A DNA stretch of 64,000 bases from positions 1,404-65,403 of the forward strand of contig JADYZU010000036.1 of NCBI GenBank assembly GCA_020852925.1, written 5' to 3'. The notes beneath the pieces were generated by a model. The model had not been told where the DNA came from and ran no database searches. It worked only from the letters and a program-made list of their open reading frames with translations. Made by a program: the position numbers and the translations under genes. Position 1 is the stretch's first letter. Each line of letters opens with the position of its first letter. This document shows, in pieces, positions 49,021-57,659 of the stretch. Source of the DNA: Rubellimicrobium sp. (GTDB lineage: Bacteria > Pseudomonadota > Alphaproteobacteria > Rhodobacterales > Rhodobacteraceae).

Positions 49021-49713
49021 TCAGGCGTCCACCAGCCGCCCGTCGCGCAGGTGGATGAGCCGGTCGAAACGGTCGAGGATCTTCTCGTCATGGGTGACGG
49101 TGACGATGCAGGCCTCCTGCTCGATGGCAAGCTTGCGCAGCAGGTCCATCACCAGTCCGGCGCGCTTGGAATCGAGGGCGGCGGTCGGTTCGTCGGCCAG
49201 GATGATGCGCGGCCGGTTGGCCAGCGCGCGCGCGATCGCCACCCTTTGCGCCTGACCGCCCGACAGGAGCGCGGGCTTGACCGGGGCGCGGTCGGCCACC
49301 TCGAGATAGTCGAGCAGTTCGCGCACCCGCGCGTGTGCCGCCTGCGCCTTCCAGCCGGCAAGGCTGAGCACGACGCGCACGTTCTCCTCGACGGTGAGGA
49401 AAGGCAGCAGGTTGTGCGACTGGAAGATGAACCCGATCTTGTCGAGGCGCAGCCGCCGCAGGTCACGGCGCAGCCAGCGCCGGTCGAACACCGGATCGCC
49501 ATCAAGCGTGACCCGTCCGGACGTGGGCGCGAGGATGCAGCCGATGATGTTCAGAAGCGTGGTCTTGCCCGATCCCGAAGGGCCCAGCAGCGCGATCACC
49601 TCGCCCGCGCGCACCTCGAGATCGACCTCGCGCAGCGCATCGACGCGGGTCGGCCCCTCGCCATAGTGTTTGGCCACCCCTTCGGCCCGGATGAGAAGAT
49701 CGCCCAGCGCCAT
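49021..49713 (-). CDS. ABC transporter ATP-binding protein (MacB/LolD/DevA-type)
   Basis: 230 aa from MALGDLL. GPSGSGKTT, LSGGQAQRVAIARAL, ILADEP. Confidence 0.9.
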   Translation of the reverse strand: MALGDLLIRAEGVAKHYGEGPTRVDALREVDLEVRAGEVIALLGPSGSGKTTLLNIIGCILAPTSGRVTLDGDPVFDRRWLRRDLRRLRLDKIGFIFQSHNLLPFLTVEENVRVVLSLAGWKAQAAHARVRELLDYLEVADRAPVKPALLSGGQAQRVAIARALANRPRIILADEPTAALDSKRAGLVMDLLRKLAIEQEACIVTVTHDEKILDRFDRLIHLRDGRLVDA

Positions 49714-49714
49714 C

Positions 49715-50848
49715 TCAGCCCCCCAGCGCCGTGGCCGGATCGACCTTGAGCGCGGCCCGCACCCCAAGGCCCGAGGCGACTAGACAGACGGCAAGGATGA
49801 TCGTCGCCAGCATCATCACGTTGAACGGCTCGAGCACGACCCGGCGCGGGAAATTGTCCTTGACCAGCGTGATGAGCAGCAGGCCGATGGAGAACCCCGA
49901 GGCCCCGAGGATCAGCGCCTCCTGCACGATCAGGCCGACGATGGTGCGGTCGGGCGCGCCGATCAGCTTCAGCGTGGCAAGCTGTTTCAGCTTTTCCATG
50001 GTCATCGTGTAGATGATGAGCGCGATCACCACCGCCGAGACGGTCAGGAGGATGCCCAGGAACAGCCCGATCTGCCGGCGCGCCTTGTCCACCACCGAAA
50101 CAAGAAGCAGGCTTTCCTCTTCGGCCTGGGTCAGGACGCCCAGGTGTTTCCACTGCCGCACCGTGGCCGAGAGCAGATCGACATCCGCGCCCGGCGCCAC
50201 CCGCGCCACCACCGCCGCCACCGACGGCGCCCCGGCGGCGGCAAGGCCGCGCGCCTCGCGCAGGCGCATCGCCGCCGGGTCCAGTTCGCCCTGAAGCGCC
50301 AGCGCATCCGCGAGCGCGATATAGACCGCCGGATCGCCGCCCGAATTCATCGCCCCCTCGACCAGACCGACCACGGTGAACCGGTTGCGCCCCAGCCGGA
50401 GCGTGTCGCCGGGGACAAGGCCGGTCTTGCGGTCGGCCACCATCTCGAAATGGCTGGCGCCAAGGCCGCGCCCCTCGGCAATGGTCAGCGGGCCGCCGGG
50501 ATGGCCGGGTTCGTAGCCCACGACATAAAGGCGCAGGGTGCGGCCGGCAAAGGGCGCCTCGATGGTCTGAAAGGAAATCGCCCCCGCCTCGGTCACGCCG
50601 GGCATCCGCGCCACCGCATCGCGGGTGTCGGGCGGGATGGCCGACGCCTCGGCAAAGGGGCCCTGGGTTCCGGCCTCGACCACCCACAGATCGACCGAAG
50701 GCGCCCGCACCGCGGCCAGCGCGTCCGAGACGAGACCGTTGTAGATGCCGATCATCGCCAGCACGACCGTCATCAGCAGCCCAAGCCCCAGACAGGTCAG
50801 GACAAAGCGGAAAAGCCCGTGCCGGATGTCCCTGAGCGCAAGGTTCAT
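49715..50848 (-). CDS. ABC transporter permease, FtsX/DevC-type
   Basis: 377 aa from MNLALRDIRHG. N-terminal TM, large periplasmic domain, C-terminal 3-TM FtsX-like region. Confidence 0.85.
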   Translation of the reverse strand: MNLALRDIRHGLFRFVLTCLGLGLLMTVVLAMIGIYNGLVSDALAAVRAPSVDLWVVEAGTQGPFAEASAIPPDTRDAVARMPGVTEAGAISFQTIEAPFAGRTLRLYVVGYEPGHPGGPLTIAEGRGLGASHFEMVADRKTGLVPGDTLRLGRNRFTVVGLVEGAMNSGGDPAVYIALADALALQGELDPAAMRLREARGLAAAGAPSVAAVVARVAPGADVDLLSATVRQWKHLGVLTQAEEESLLLVSVVDKARRQIGLFLGILLTVSAVVIALIIYTMTMEKLKQLATLKLIGAPDRTIVGLIVQEALILGASGFSIGLLLITLVKDNFPRRVVLEPFNVMMLATIILAVCLVASGLGVRAALKVDPATALGG

Positions 50849-51993
50849 GGCGCCCCCGCCACGCGCGCCAACCGGCCCTCGGCCGCGCCGGCCGGCGGCG
50901 ATGCCACCACCTGCGCGCCCTCGGGCAGGCCGCCCGTCACCTCGATCCGGCCACGGTCGTCGCGGGAACCGAAGGTCAGGCGCGCGCGCGCCAGCACGCC
51001 GTCCGCCACGGTCCAGACCGTGCCCTCGCGCCCGTCGAACCCGGAAACCGCCATTTCCGGCACCATCAGCGCGCGTTCGCGCGTGGCGGTCAGGATGCGC
51101 ACTTCGGCCTGTTCGCCCAGGAACATGGTTGCGGGACAATCGGAACAGGTCAGCCAGACCCGCCGCTCTTCGTTCACGCGGTCGGATTCCAGGCCGATGC
51201 GGGTGATCGTGCCGTGAAAATCGGCCTGAGGCTGCGACCGCAGCCGGATCACCCCCTCTTGCCCAAGGGCAAGCTGCCCCGCGCGTTCCTCGTCGACATA
51301 GGCCTGAATCCAGACGGTATCGGGCGCGATCAGGGTAAAGATCGCATCCCCCGCCTTCACCACCGTGCCCAGTTCGCCCAACCGCGACACGATCAGCGCA
51401 TCATAGGGCGCCGTCAGCCGATGGCGGGCCAGTGCCGCCTCCTCGAGGGCGAGGGCTGCGGCCGCATCCTCGCCCTGGGCGCGGATCACGGCCAGGTCGG
51501 CCCCTGCCACGGCCAGATCGGCACGGGCCACATTCTCGTCCCGCTGGGCCTCTTCGGCGCGCTGGACCGAGGCGACATCCTGCCGCGCCAGGTTCTGAAG
51601 CCGGGCATTGGCCACCTCGCGCTGGTCAAGGACGGCGCGGGCCCGGTCCACCGCCGCCTCCGCGCGCGCCTGCGCGGCGACATTGGCGGCAATCGCGGCG
51701 CGGGCGCGGGCCACGCGGGCCTCCTGTTCGGCCGGATCGAGAATGGCAAGTTCCTGCCCCGCCGTCACCCGGTCGCCGGCATCGGCCGACAGCGCGGCGA
51801 TGGCGCCGCCGGCATCGAACCCGACGCGCGACAGCACCCGCGCCTCGACCGTGCCAAGGCCGTAAAGGCGCAGCGGCACGTCGGTCTCGGGCTGGATCAC
51901 CGCGACGGTCAGCGGGCGCCCGCTCAGATAGAACAGGCCCCCCGCACCGGCCGCCGCCAGCACCATCGCCGCCAGGATCCAGCGTTTGCGCAT
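50845..51993 (-). CDS. HlyD/RND-adaptor family periplasmic membrane-fusion protein
   Basis: 382 aa. N-terminal anchor, coiled-coil Ala/Arg-rich hairpin, beta-barrel C-terminus. ATGA overlap with the permease. Confidence 0.85.
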   Translation of the reverse strand: MRKRWILAAMVLAAAGAGGLFYLSGRPLTVAVIQPETDVPLRLYGLGTVEARVLSRVGFDAGGAIAALSADAGDRVTAGQELAILDPAEQEARVARARAAIAANVAAQARAEAAVDRARAVLDQREVANARLQNLARQDVASVQRAEEAQRDENVARADLAVAGADLAVIRAQGEDAAAALALEEAALARHRLTAPYDALIVSRLGELGTVVKAGDAIFTLIAPDTVWIQAYVDEERAGQLALGQEGVIRLRSQPQADFHGTITRIGLESDRVNEERRVWLTCSDCPATMFLGEQAEVRILTATRERALMVPEMAVSGFDGREGTVWTVADGVLARARLTFGSRDDRGRIEVTGGLPEGAQVVASPPAGAAEGRLARVAGAP

Positions 51994-51996
51994 TCC

Positions 51997-52602
51997 TCAG
52001 GCCCCTTTTGCGGCGAACAGCCGCATCTGCACATCGAACAGCCGAAGCCCCTCGGCCATCAGGTCGAAATCCCGCGCCCCGAGGGCCCAGCGGATCGCGA
52101 CCCCCTGCACCAGCGAGGAGAGCAGGGCCGCCGCATCCGGCGGCGCGACCTGCGCATCGAACAGCCTCGCGCGCTGACCGGCGGCAAATTCCTGCACGAG
52201 ATGGCCGTGAAACGCGCGAAGCCGGTCACGGAAGGCCCCGCGCAGGTCATGGTTGCCGACGTTCAACTCGCGCGAATGCAACAGCATCGGCATCGCCGGA
52301 GTGGCGACGATCTGCGTGAACTGGGCCTGCACCAGCGCGCGCAGGCGTTCGGGCGGGGTGCCCGCTTCCCCCAGTGCGGCGGCCCAGGCGCCGGTCAGGT
52401 CATCGGCAACCTGCCCGGCCACCGCCAGCCACATCGCCGACTTGGTGGGAAAATGCCGGAACAGCGCCGCCTGCGTCACGCCCACCGCCTGCGCCACCGC
52501 GGCGGTCGTCACCCGGTCCGGGCCGATCCGGTCGGCCAGGACAAGGGCGCAGGCCACGATCTCGGCCTTGCGGATGTCGGCGGGTTTGCGCATGGCCTGC
52601 AT
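51997..52602 (-). CDS. TetR/AcrR family transcriptional regulator
   Basis: 201 aa. HTH TTAAVAQAVGVTQAALFRHFPTK. Confidence 0.88.
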   Translation of the reverse strand: MQAMRKPADIRKAEIVACALVLADRIGPDRVTTAAVAQAVGVTQAALFRHFPTKSAMWLAVAGQVADDLTGAWAAALGEAGTPPERLRALVQAQFTQIVATPAMPMLLHSRELNVGNHDLRGAFRDRLRAFHGHLVQEFAAGQRARLFDAQVAPPDAAALLSSLVQGVAIRWALGARDFDLMAEGLRLFDVQMRLFAAKGA

Positions 52603-52603
52603 A

Positions 52604-52623
52604 GTTAGTGATCAATCACTTAC
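52604..52623. promoter_or_regulatory. Candidate TetR operator (inverted repeat)
   Basis: GTTAGTGAT-CA-ATCACTTAC: 9-bp arms with one mismatch (core AGTGAT/ATCACT perfect), immediately upstream of the TetR start. Confidence 0.4.
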
Positions 52624-52665
52624 CATCTACGACGCGGCCACCGCCCCGTCAACCGTCCTGCGCGT

Positions 52666-53436
52666 TCAGGCATGACATGCCGGGCGCCCCTCGCGCGGCA
52701 GGCGGTGGGGAACGATCACCGGCAGCTTGCCCGCAGTCGAGAGGATTTCAGCATCCACCTGCCAGTGATCGCGCAGGATGCCGGCGGTCAGGATCTCGGC
52801 GGGGCGGCCGATGGCGATGAACCGCCCGCCGGCAAGGACCGCGATCCGGTCGCACAGGCGCGCGGCCAGCGTCAGATCGTGCAGCGCCGCAATCATCGGC
52901 ATGGCGCGCGATCCGGCATGCGTGCGCAGCAGCACCATGACCTCGAGCTGATGGTGCAGGTCGAGGGCCGATGTCGGCTCGTCCAGAAGCAGAAGGCGCG
53001 GGCGCCGGAACAGGCGCTGCGCGATGAGCACCCGCTGTTGCTGGCCGCCCGACAATTCCTGCATCGGCCGGTCGGCCAGCGCGCCCAGATCCATCGCCCC
53101 CAGCAGCGCCGCCGCCTCGCCGACCAGATCGGCCGGGATCCGCAGGCCCAGGGCCTCGTGCCGGCCAAGCAGCACGCAATCCAGAACCGTCATGGCCGAG
53201 CGCACCGCATAGGCCTGTGGCAGGAACCCGATCGCGCTCCGCCCGAGGCGCCCGTCCCCGTCCTGCACCGCAACCGGGCGCATGCCCAGCCCGGCAATCG
53301 CCGAGAGGACCGTGCTCTTGCCGGCGCCGTTCGGGCCGATGATCCCGAGGATCTCGCCCCTGGCCAGGCTCAGGGTACAGGCCCCGAGGATCGGCAGGGT
53401 GCCGCGACGCAGGTCGGGCAGGTGGATTTCCAGCAT
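52666..53436 (-). CDS. ABC transporter ATP-binding protein (FecE/BtuD-type)
   Basis: 256 aa. GPNGAGKST, LSGGQQQRVLIA, LLLDEPTSALD. Confidence 0.9.
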   Translation of the reverse strand: MLEIHLPDLRRGTLPILGACTLSLARGEILGIIGPNGAGKSTVLSAIAGLGMRPVAVQDGDGRLGRSAIGFLPQAYAVRSAMTVLDCVLLGRHEALGLRIPADLVGEAAALLGAMDLGALADRPMQELSGGQQQRVLIAQRLFRRPRLLLLDEPTSALDLHHQLEVMVLLRTHAGSRAMPMIAALHDLTLAARLCDRIAVLAGGRFIAIGRPAEILTAGILRDHWQVDAEILSTAGKLPVIVPHRLPREGRPACHA

Positions 53437-53439
53437 CTC

Positions 53440-54495
53440 TCAGTTCCCCTTGTGGCGGGCGATCACCGCCATCAGCATCGGAATGCCCGCCACGGCGGTG
53501 ATGATCCCGACCGGGATCGCGGCGCCCTGCGACAGGATCTTGCCCGTGACCGAGGCGGCGATCAGGATCACCCCCCCGGACAGGGCGGCGACCGGCAGCG
53601 CCAGGCGATGATCCTCGCCCACGACCGAGCGCGCCAGATGCGGCGCGATCAGCCCGACAAAGCCGATGGTGCCGGTGAAACTGACCGCGCCCGCAGTCAG
53701 CAAGGCGGTGACCAGAAAGGCCCGCCGCCGCAGCGCCTGCACGTCAAGGCCAAGGCTGGCCGCGTTCGCCTCGCCCAGGCGCAGCGCGGTCAGCGCCCAC
53801 AGATCGCGCGCGATGAGCGGCAGGCACAGCACGAGGATCGCCCCCGACACCCGCACCGAGGTCCAGTTCGCCTTGAGCAGCGACCCGAACAGCCAGAACA
53901 CGATCTGTTGCAGCACCTCGGGCGAGGCCATGAATTGCAGGAGCGATTGCAGCGACTGGAAGAAGAACAGCACCGCGATTCCCGCCAGGACCAGGATATC
54001 GGCCCCCGTGCCCTTGGTGCGGGCAACCAGCCAGATGATCGCCGTGGCCATCAGCGTGGCCGCAAAGGCAAGGACCGGCGTCACGATCCATTGCGGAACC
54101 GGCAGCATCAGCCACGACCCGCCCAGGATCGCCGCCGCCGCGCCGAACCCGGCCGCCGCCGAAAAGCCCAGCGTGAAGGGCGAGGCGAGCGGGTTCGCCA
54201 GGATCGTCTGCATCAGCATCCCCGCCAGCCCGAGCGAGGCCCCGACGATCAGGCCCATCGCCAGTTGCGGCAGGCGCAACTGCCACAGGATCGTCGCTGC
54301 GGCCCGGTCCGCGCCGCCCGGACCGGCAAGCAGGGTGTTCCAGATCTCGCCCGTCCGCATGCCCGATGGCCCGGTCATCAGGTCGGCCACGCCAAGCACG
54401 ATCAGCACGAGGGCGGCGATGGTCACCGCCGCCCCGCGCCGCGCCGCGCGCCTGTGCCACCGGTCGATTGCGGAGGCGGGCGCGGTCATGATCAT
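53440..54495 (-). CDS. FecCD-family iron-chelate/cobalamin ABC permease
   Basis: 351 aa, about 10 TM, family-typical LGLDV..RR and GTIGFVGLIAPH segments. Confidence 0.9.
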   Translation of the reverse strand: MIMTAPASAIDRWHRRAARRGAAVTIAALVLIVLGVADLMTGPSGMRTGEIWNTLLAGPGGADRAAATILWQLRLPQLAMGLIVGASLGLAGMLMQTILANPLASPFTLGFSAAAGFGAAAAILGGSWLMLPVPQWIVTPVLAFAATLMATAIIWLVARTKGTGADILVLAGIAVLFFFQSLQSLLQFMASPEVLQQIVFWLFGSLLKANWTSVRVSGAILVLCLPLIARDLWALTALRLGEANAASLGLDVQALRRRAFLVTALLTAGAVSFTGTIGFVGLIAPHLARSVVGEDHRLALPVAALSGGVILIAASVTGKILSQGAAIPVGIITAVAGIPMLMAVIARHKGN

Positions 54496-55591
54496 TGCAG
54501 CCGGGTGACGAAGATGCCGTCGGCCGCGACCGGCATGTAGGTTTCGTAGAACCGCGCCAGTTCGGCCGCCGGATCGACATCGGCAAAGGCATCAGGATAA
54601 AGCGCCTTGGCGATCGCGCGGGCATAGACGAAATCCGACAGCGTGCGGTTGCCGCCGTGGTAGATGCCATAGACCTCGCCCGTCCGCACCGCCGGCAGAT
54701 CCTGCCAGCCGGCGCGGGTGGTGTAGGCGGCCATCCGTTCCTGCGCCAGCGCCGGATCCTGCCCGAAGCCCAGAAGCACCGCCTCGGGCTTGTTGCGCCA
54801 TTCCGACCCGGCCAGAAGGATCACGTCGGGCTGCTGGGCAAGGACGTATTCCGGGCTCAGGGGGCCCCAGTTCTCGATCTGGCCGCTGGCGATGTTGTCG
54901 CCGCCCACCAGGTCGATGACCCCGGCCCACATGCCGTTGCCATAGCTGTTGCCGACGGTTCCGGGGCCGTTCTGGGCCAGTTCGACATAGATCCGCTTGC
55001 CCGAGGCCCCGGCCCCGGCGACCCGCGCCAGCGTGTCGGCGGTCATGGCCTCGTACAGGGTGGCCAGTTCCTCGGCCCGGTCCACCTCGTCCATCAGGGC
55101 ACCGAGGATCCTTGTGGACTGGAGGTGCCGCTCGAGGGTCTGGGCGTTGTAGTCGATGGCCACGACCGCGATTCCGGCCGCCTGAATCTGGGCGACGCCG
55201 GGTTCGCCGATGGCGGCGGTCTGCCAGGGCGACAGGATCGCCACTTCGGGGCGCGAGGCGATCAGCGCCTCGATCGAGAAAGTGTTGTCATCGGCATTGC
55301 CGAAATCGGGCAGCGTTTCCAGTTGCGGAAAGCGCGCGGTGTAGACCTGCCACTGCCCCGGCCGCCAGTCGGCCCAGGGCGACCGCGACAGCGACACCAG
55401 CCGGTCCACCGCATCGGCGCCGGCGACGGCAAGGAAATCCTCGTAGTAGAAGCCGAGCGCGATGCGCGACGGCACCTCGGGCAAGGTCATTTCGCGCCTT
55501 CGATATCGGTCAGGGCGATTTCGGCAAGGACGGGAACGGCGAGGGACGACAGGACAAGCGCGGCCGCAAGGCTGCGAAACAGGGTCTTCAT
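54492..55591 (-). pseudogene. Fec/Btu-type periplasmic binding protein with signal peptide and mature domain in different frames
   Basis: ATG 55591: MKTLFRSLAAALVLSSLAVPVLAEIALTDIEGAK-stop (TGA 55487-55489). The mature domain (..REMTLPEVPSRIALGFYYED..) continues in the -1 frame down to 54492. One missing base around GAAGG-CGCGAA would restore ..DIEGREMTLPEVP... Confidence 0.7.
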
Positions 55592-55726
55592 GGGTCTGGC
55601 TCCTCAGAGGGGGTCCGGTCAGGGCGGGGATCGGCAGCGGCCGGTCACGGGGCAGATGCCGCGAAGGCGGGGCCGGCTCCTGAGGGCGCGGGAAGGGCCG
55701 CGGGGGAACCGGCCGCCGGGGGACGC

Positions 55727-56095
55727 TCAGACTGCGGGCGGTGGCGCCTGTGCCCCGAGGGCCGGATCGAGCACGCGCCGGATCGCGCGGCTTTCGCCGG
55801 GGAAGGCGACGGCGACCACGACACCGAAACTCAGGGCGCGGGGCGCGGCCACCTGCGGCGGCAGATCGAAGGCCTTGACGATGTGGCAGGCCGGGCAATC
55901 GCCCCGGGCTGCCTGCCCGCCCTCGTGCGGATCGGCGCACAGGGCCGACAGATCGACCCCGGCCAGCACCAGCGCATCCGCCGCAAGCGAGGATGCCGTG
56001 GGAACCCGATGCGCAAGCCCGATCGCCGCCAGCGACACCATCAGCGCGATGGTCAGGCAGATCCGGAACAGTCCGTGGCGGAACGCGGCTTGCAT
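55727..56095 (-). CDS. small membrane-anchored protein with CPACH motif (DUF2946-like)
   Basis: 122 aa. N-terminal TM (LFRICLTIALMVSLAAIGLA), then LCADPHEGG..GDCPACH. Sits upstream of the Fec/Btu-type operon on the same strand. Confidence 0.5.
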   Translation of the reverse strand: MQAAFRHGLFRICLTIALMVSLAAIGLAHRVPTASSLAADALVLAGVDLSALCADPHEGGQAARGDCPACHIVKAFDLPPQVAAPRALSFGVVVAVAFPGESRAIRRVLDPALGAQAPPPAV

Positions 56096-56309
56096 GAGCG
56101 CAACCTAGGGCAACCGATGGCCGGAGGGCAATTGCGCCAACCTGCCGCGCCCCGTGCGGCCCTGGACAAGGCGGCACGCAACCCGGGCGCCGGGCGCGCG
56201 CCAGCCCCCGCTTTCACAGGAATTTTCCAGGATGAAATGCCGGGCGGGCCGCAGCCACGACATATTGCCGCAGCCCCCCGCTCATGCCCGCATGGCGGGG
56301 ATCGCGGCG

Positions 56310-56337
56310 TTGACTCATTCCGGGGTGGCGTTAGTAT
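56310..56337 (+). promoter_or_regulatory. Candidate sigma70-type promoter for the URO-D-family gene operon
   Basis: TTGACT-16 nt-TAGTAT about 70 nt upstream of ATG 56406, in otherwise GC-rich DNA. Confidence 0.35.
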
Positions 56338-56405
56338 GAATGCGCAGTCAACCGCCCCGGACGCAACCTCGCGACCGGGGCCTTCCCGGATCGGACAGGC
56401 CAGAC

Positions 56406-57626
56406 ATGCCCATGACCCCCCGCGAGAACTTCATTGCCGCGATGACGCGCAGCGGTCCCGAGAGGGCGCCCCTCGACATGGGCAAGCACATCGGCTCGAT
56501 CCACAAGAAGCATTACGCGCGCCTGCGCGAACTGCTGCCGCAGGTGCCGATGGAGAACGGCGAGCGCATCCTTGACCGCATGGCGCAGACCGTGGTCCCC
56601 GACGAGGCGCTCTTGCGCCATTTCGACGTGGATTTCCGCTGGATCGTGCCGCACTGGGTGCAGGTGACGGAACGCACCGACATCGACGGCTACATCGACA
56701 TGTGGGGTGTGCCCTATCGCGGTGCCGAGGGCGATCACTACGCGGTCGACACGCTGGCCACCGCCCCCCTCGCCCATTGCGAGACCCCCGAGGACGTGGA
56801 GCGCGCGCCCTGCTGGCCCGACCCCGAGGATCCGGCGCAATTCGCCGGCCTGCGCGAGCGCGCCCGCGATCTGTTTGAAAACACCGGCTATGTCATCGGC
56901 GCCGATGCGATCAAGGCCGGCCCGCTGATGAGCGCGCTCCAGATGCGCGGCTATCAGCAGTTCTTCATGGATCTTGTGATCAACCCCGAACTGGCCGATG
57001 CCATCCTTGGCAAGATCACCGATCTGCTGTGCCGGATGTGGACCCGCTACCTGGCAGAGGTCGGGCCCTATGTGCAGCTTGCCTATGTGACCGACGACCT
57101 GGGCACGCAGACCTCGCTCCTCGTCTCGCCCAAGATCTACCGCAAGCGGATCAAGCCGTTCCACACCCGGCTGCACCAGCACATCAAGGCGCAGGCCGAT
57201 GTCCTTCTCATGATGCATACCGATGGCGCGGTCCTGCCGCTGATCGGGGATCTGATCGAGACCGGGGCCGACATGCTCAACCCGGTGCAGACATCGACGC
57301 GCGGGATGGAGGATACCGCCGCGCTCAAGGCCCAGTTCGGGGGGCAACTGGGCTTTCACGGGGCGATGGACGTGCAGCAGATGATGCCGAACGCCACGCC
57401 CGAGGAACTGCGCTGGGAAATCGCGCGCCGCCTGACCGATCTGGGCAGCGACGGCGGCTATGTCATCGCGCCGTGCCACAACATCGGCCACGACATCGCC
57501 CCCGAGACCACGATTTCCTTCTTCGCGGCGGCGAATGCGATGCGGAACTATCCGCTTGCGCTTGATGCCGTGCTCGAGCCGGAACGTTCGTATTTCGCCC
57601 GCCTCGCCCGCGACGGCGAGGAATGA
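56406..57626 (+). CDS. uroporphyrinogen decarboxylase (URO-D) family protein, MtaA/CmuA-type corrinoid methyltransferase-like
   Basis: About 406 aa. TIM-barrel URO-D-like layout ending ..GGYVIAPCHNIGHDI. Not in a heme biosynthesis context. A corrinoid protein gene lies nearby. Confidence 0.75.
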   Translation: MPMTPRENFIAAMTRSGPERAPLDMGKHIGSIHKKHYARLRELLPQVPMENGERILDRMAQTVVPDEALLRHFDVDFRWIVPHWVQVTERTDIDGYIDMWGVPYRGAEGDHYAVDTLATAPLAHCETPEDVERAPCWPDPEDPAQFAGLRERARDLFENTGYVIGADAIKAGPLMSALQMRGYQQFFMDLVINPELADAILGKITDLLCRMWTRYLAEVGPYVQLAYVTDDLGTQTSLLVSPKIYRKRIKPFHTRLHQHIKAQADVLLMMHTDGAVLPLIGDLIETGADMLNPVQTSTRGMEDTAALKAQFGGQLGFHGAMDVQQMMPNATPEELRWEIARRLTDLGSDGGYVIAPCHNIGHDIAPETTISFFAAANAMRNYPLALDAVLEPERSYFARLARDGEE

Positions 57627-57659
57627 TGCAGCCACGCCGGACCAGTGCAGGGAACCGCC

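Noticed and set aside
55487-55500. Programmed frameshift or stop-codon read-through joining the signal peptide to the mature binding protein.
   Set aside because: The required shift is -1 at GCG AAA TGA, which is not an X XXY YYZ slippery heptamer. No downstream structure is obvious, and read-through of the TGA would stay in the wrong frame. A simple 1-nt indel, biological or from assembly, is more parsimonious.
55592-56405. Cobalamin riboswitch upstream of the Fec/Btu-type operon or of the URO-D-family gene.
   Set aside because: I read both strands for the conserved elements (GGTG..AA..CC, CCCGC.ACTGT, GCCACTG, B12 box AGCCAGGAGACCTGCC). Only a loose CAGCCCCCGCT-like fragment appears, not in a consistent order. 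A covariance-model scan would be decisive.
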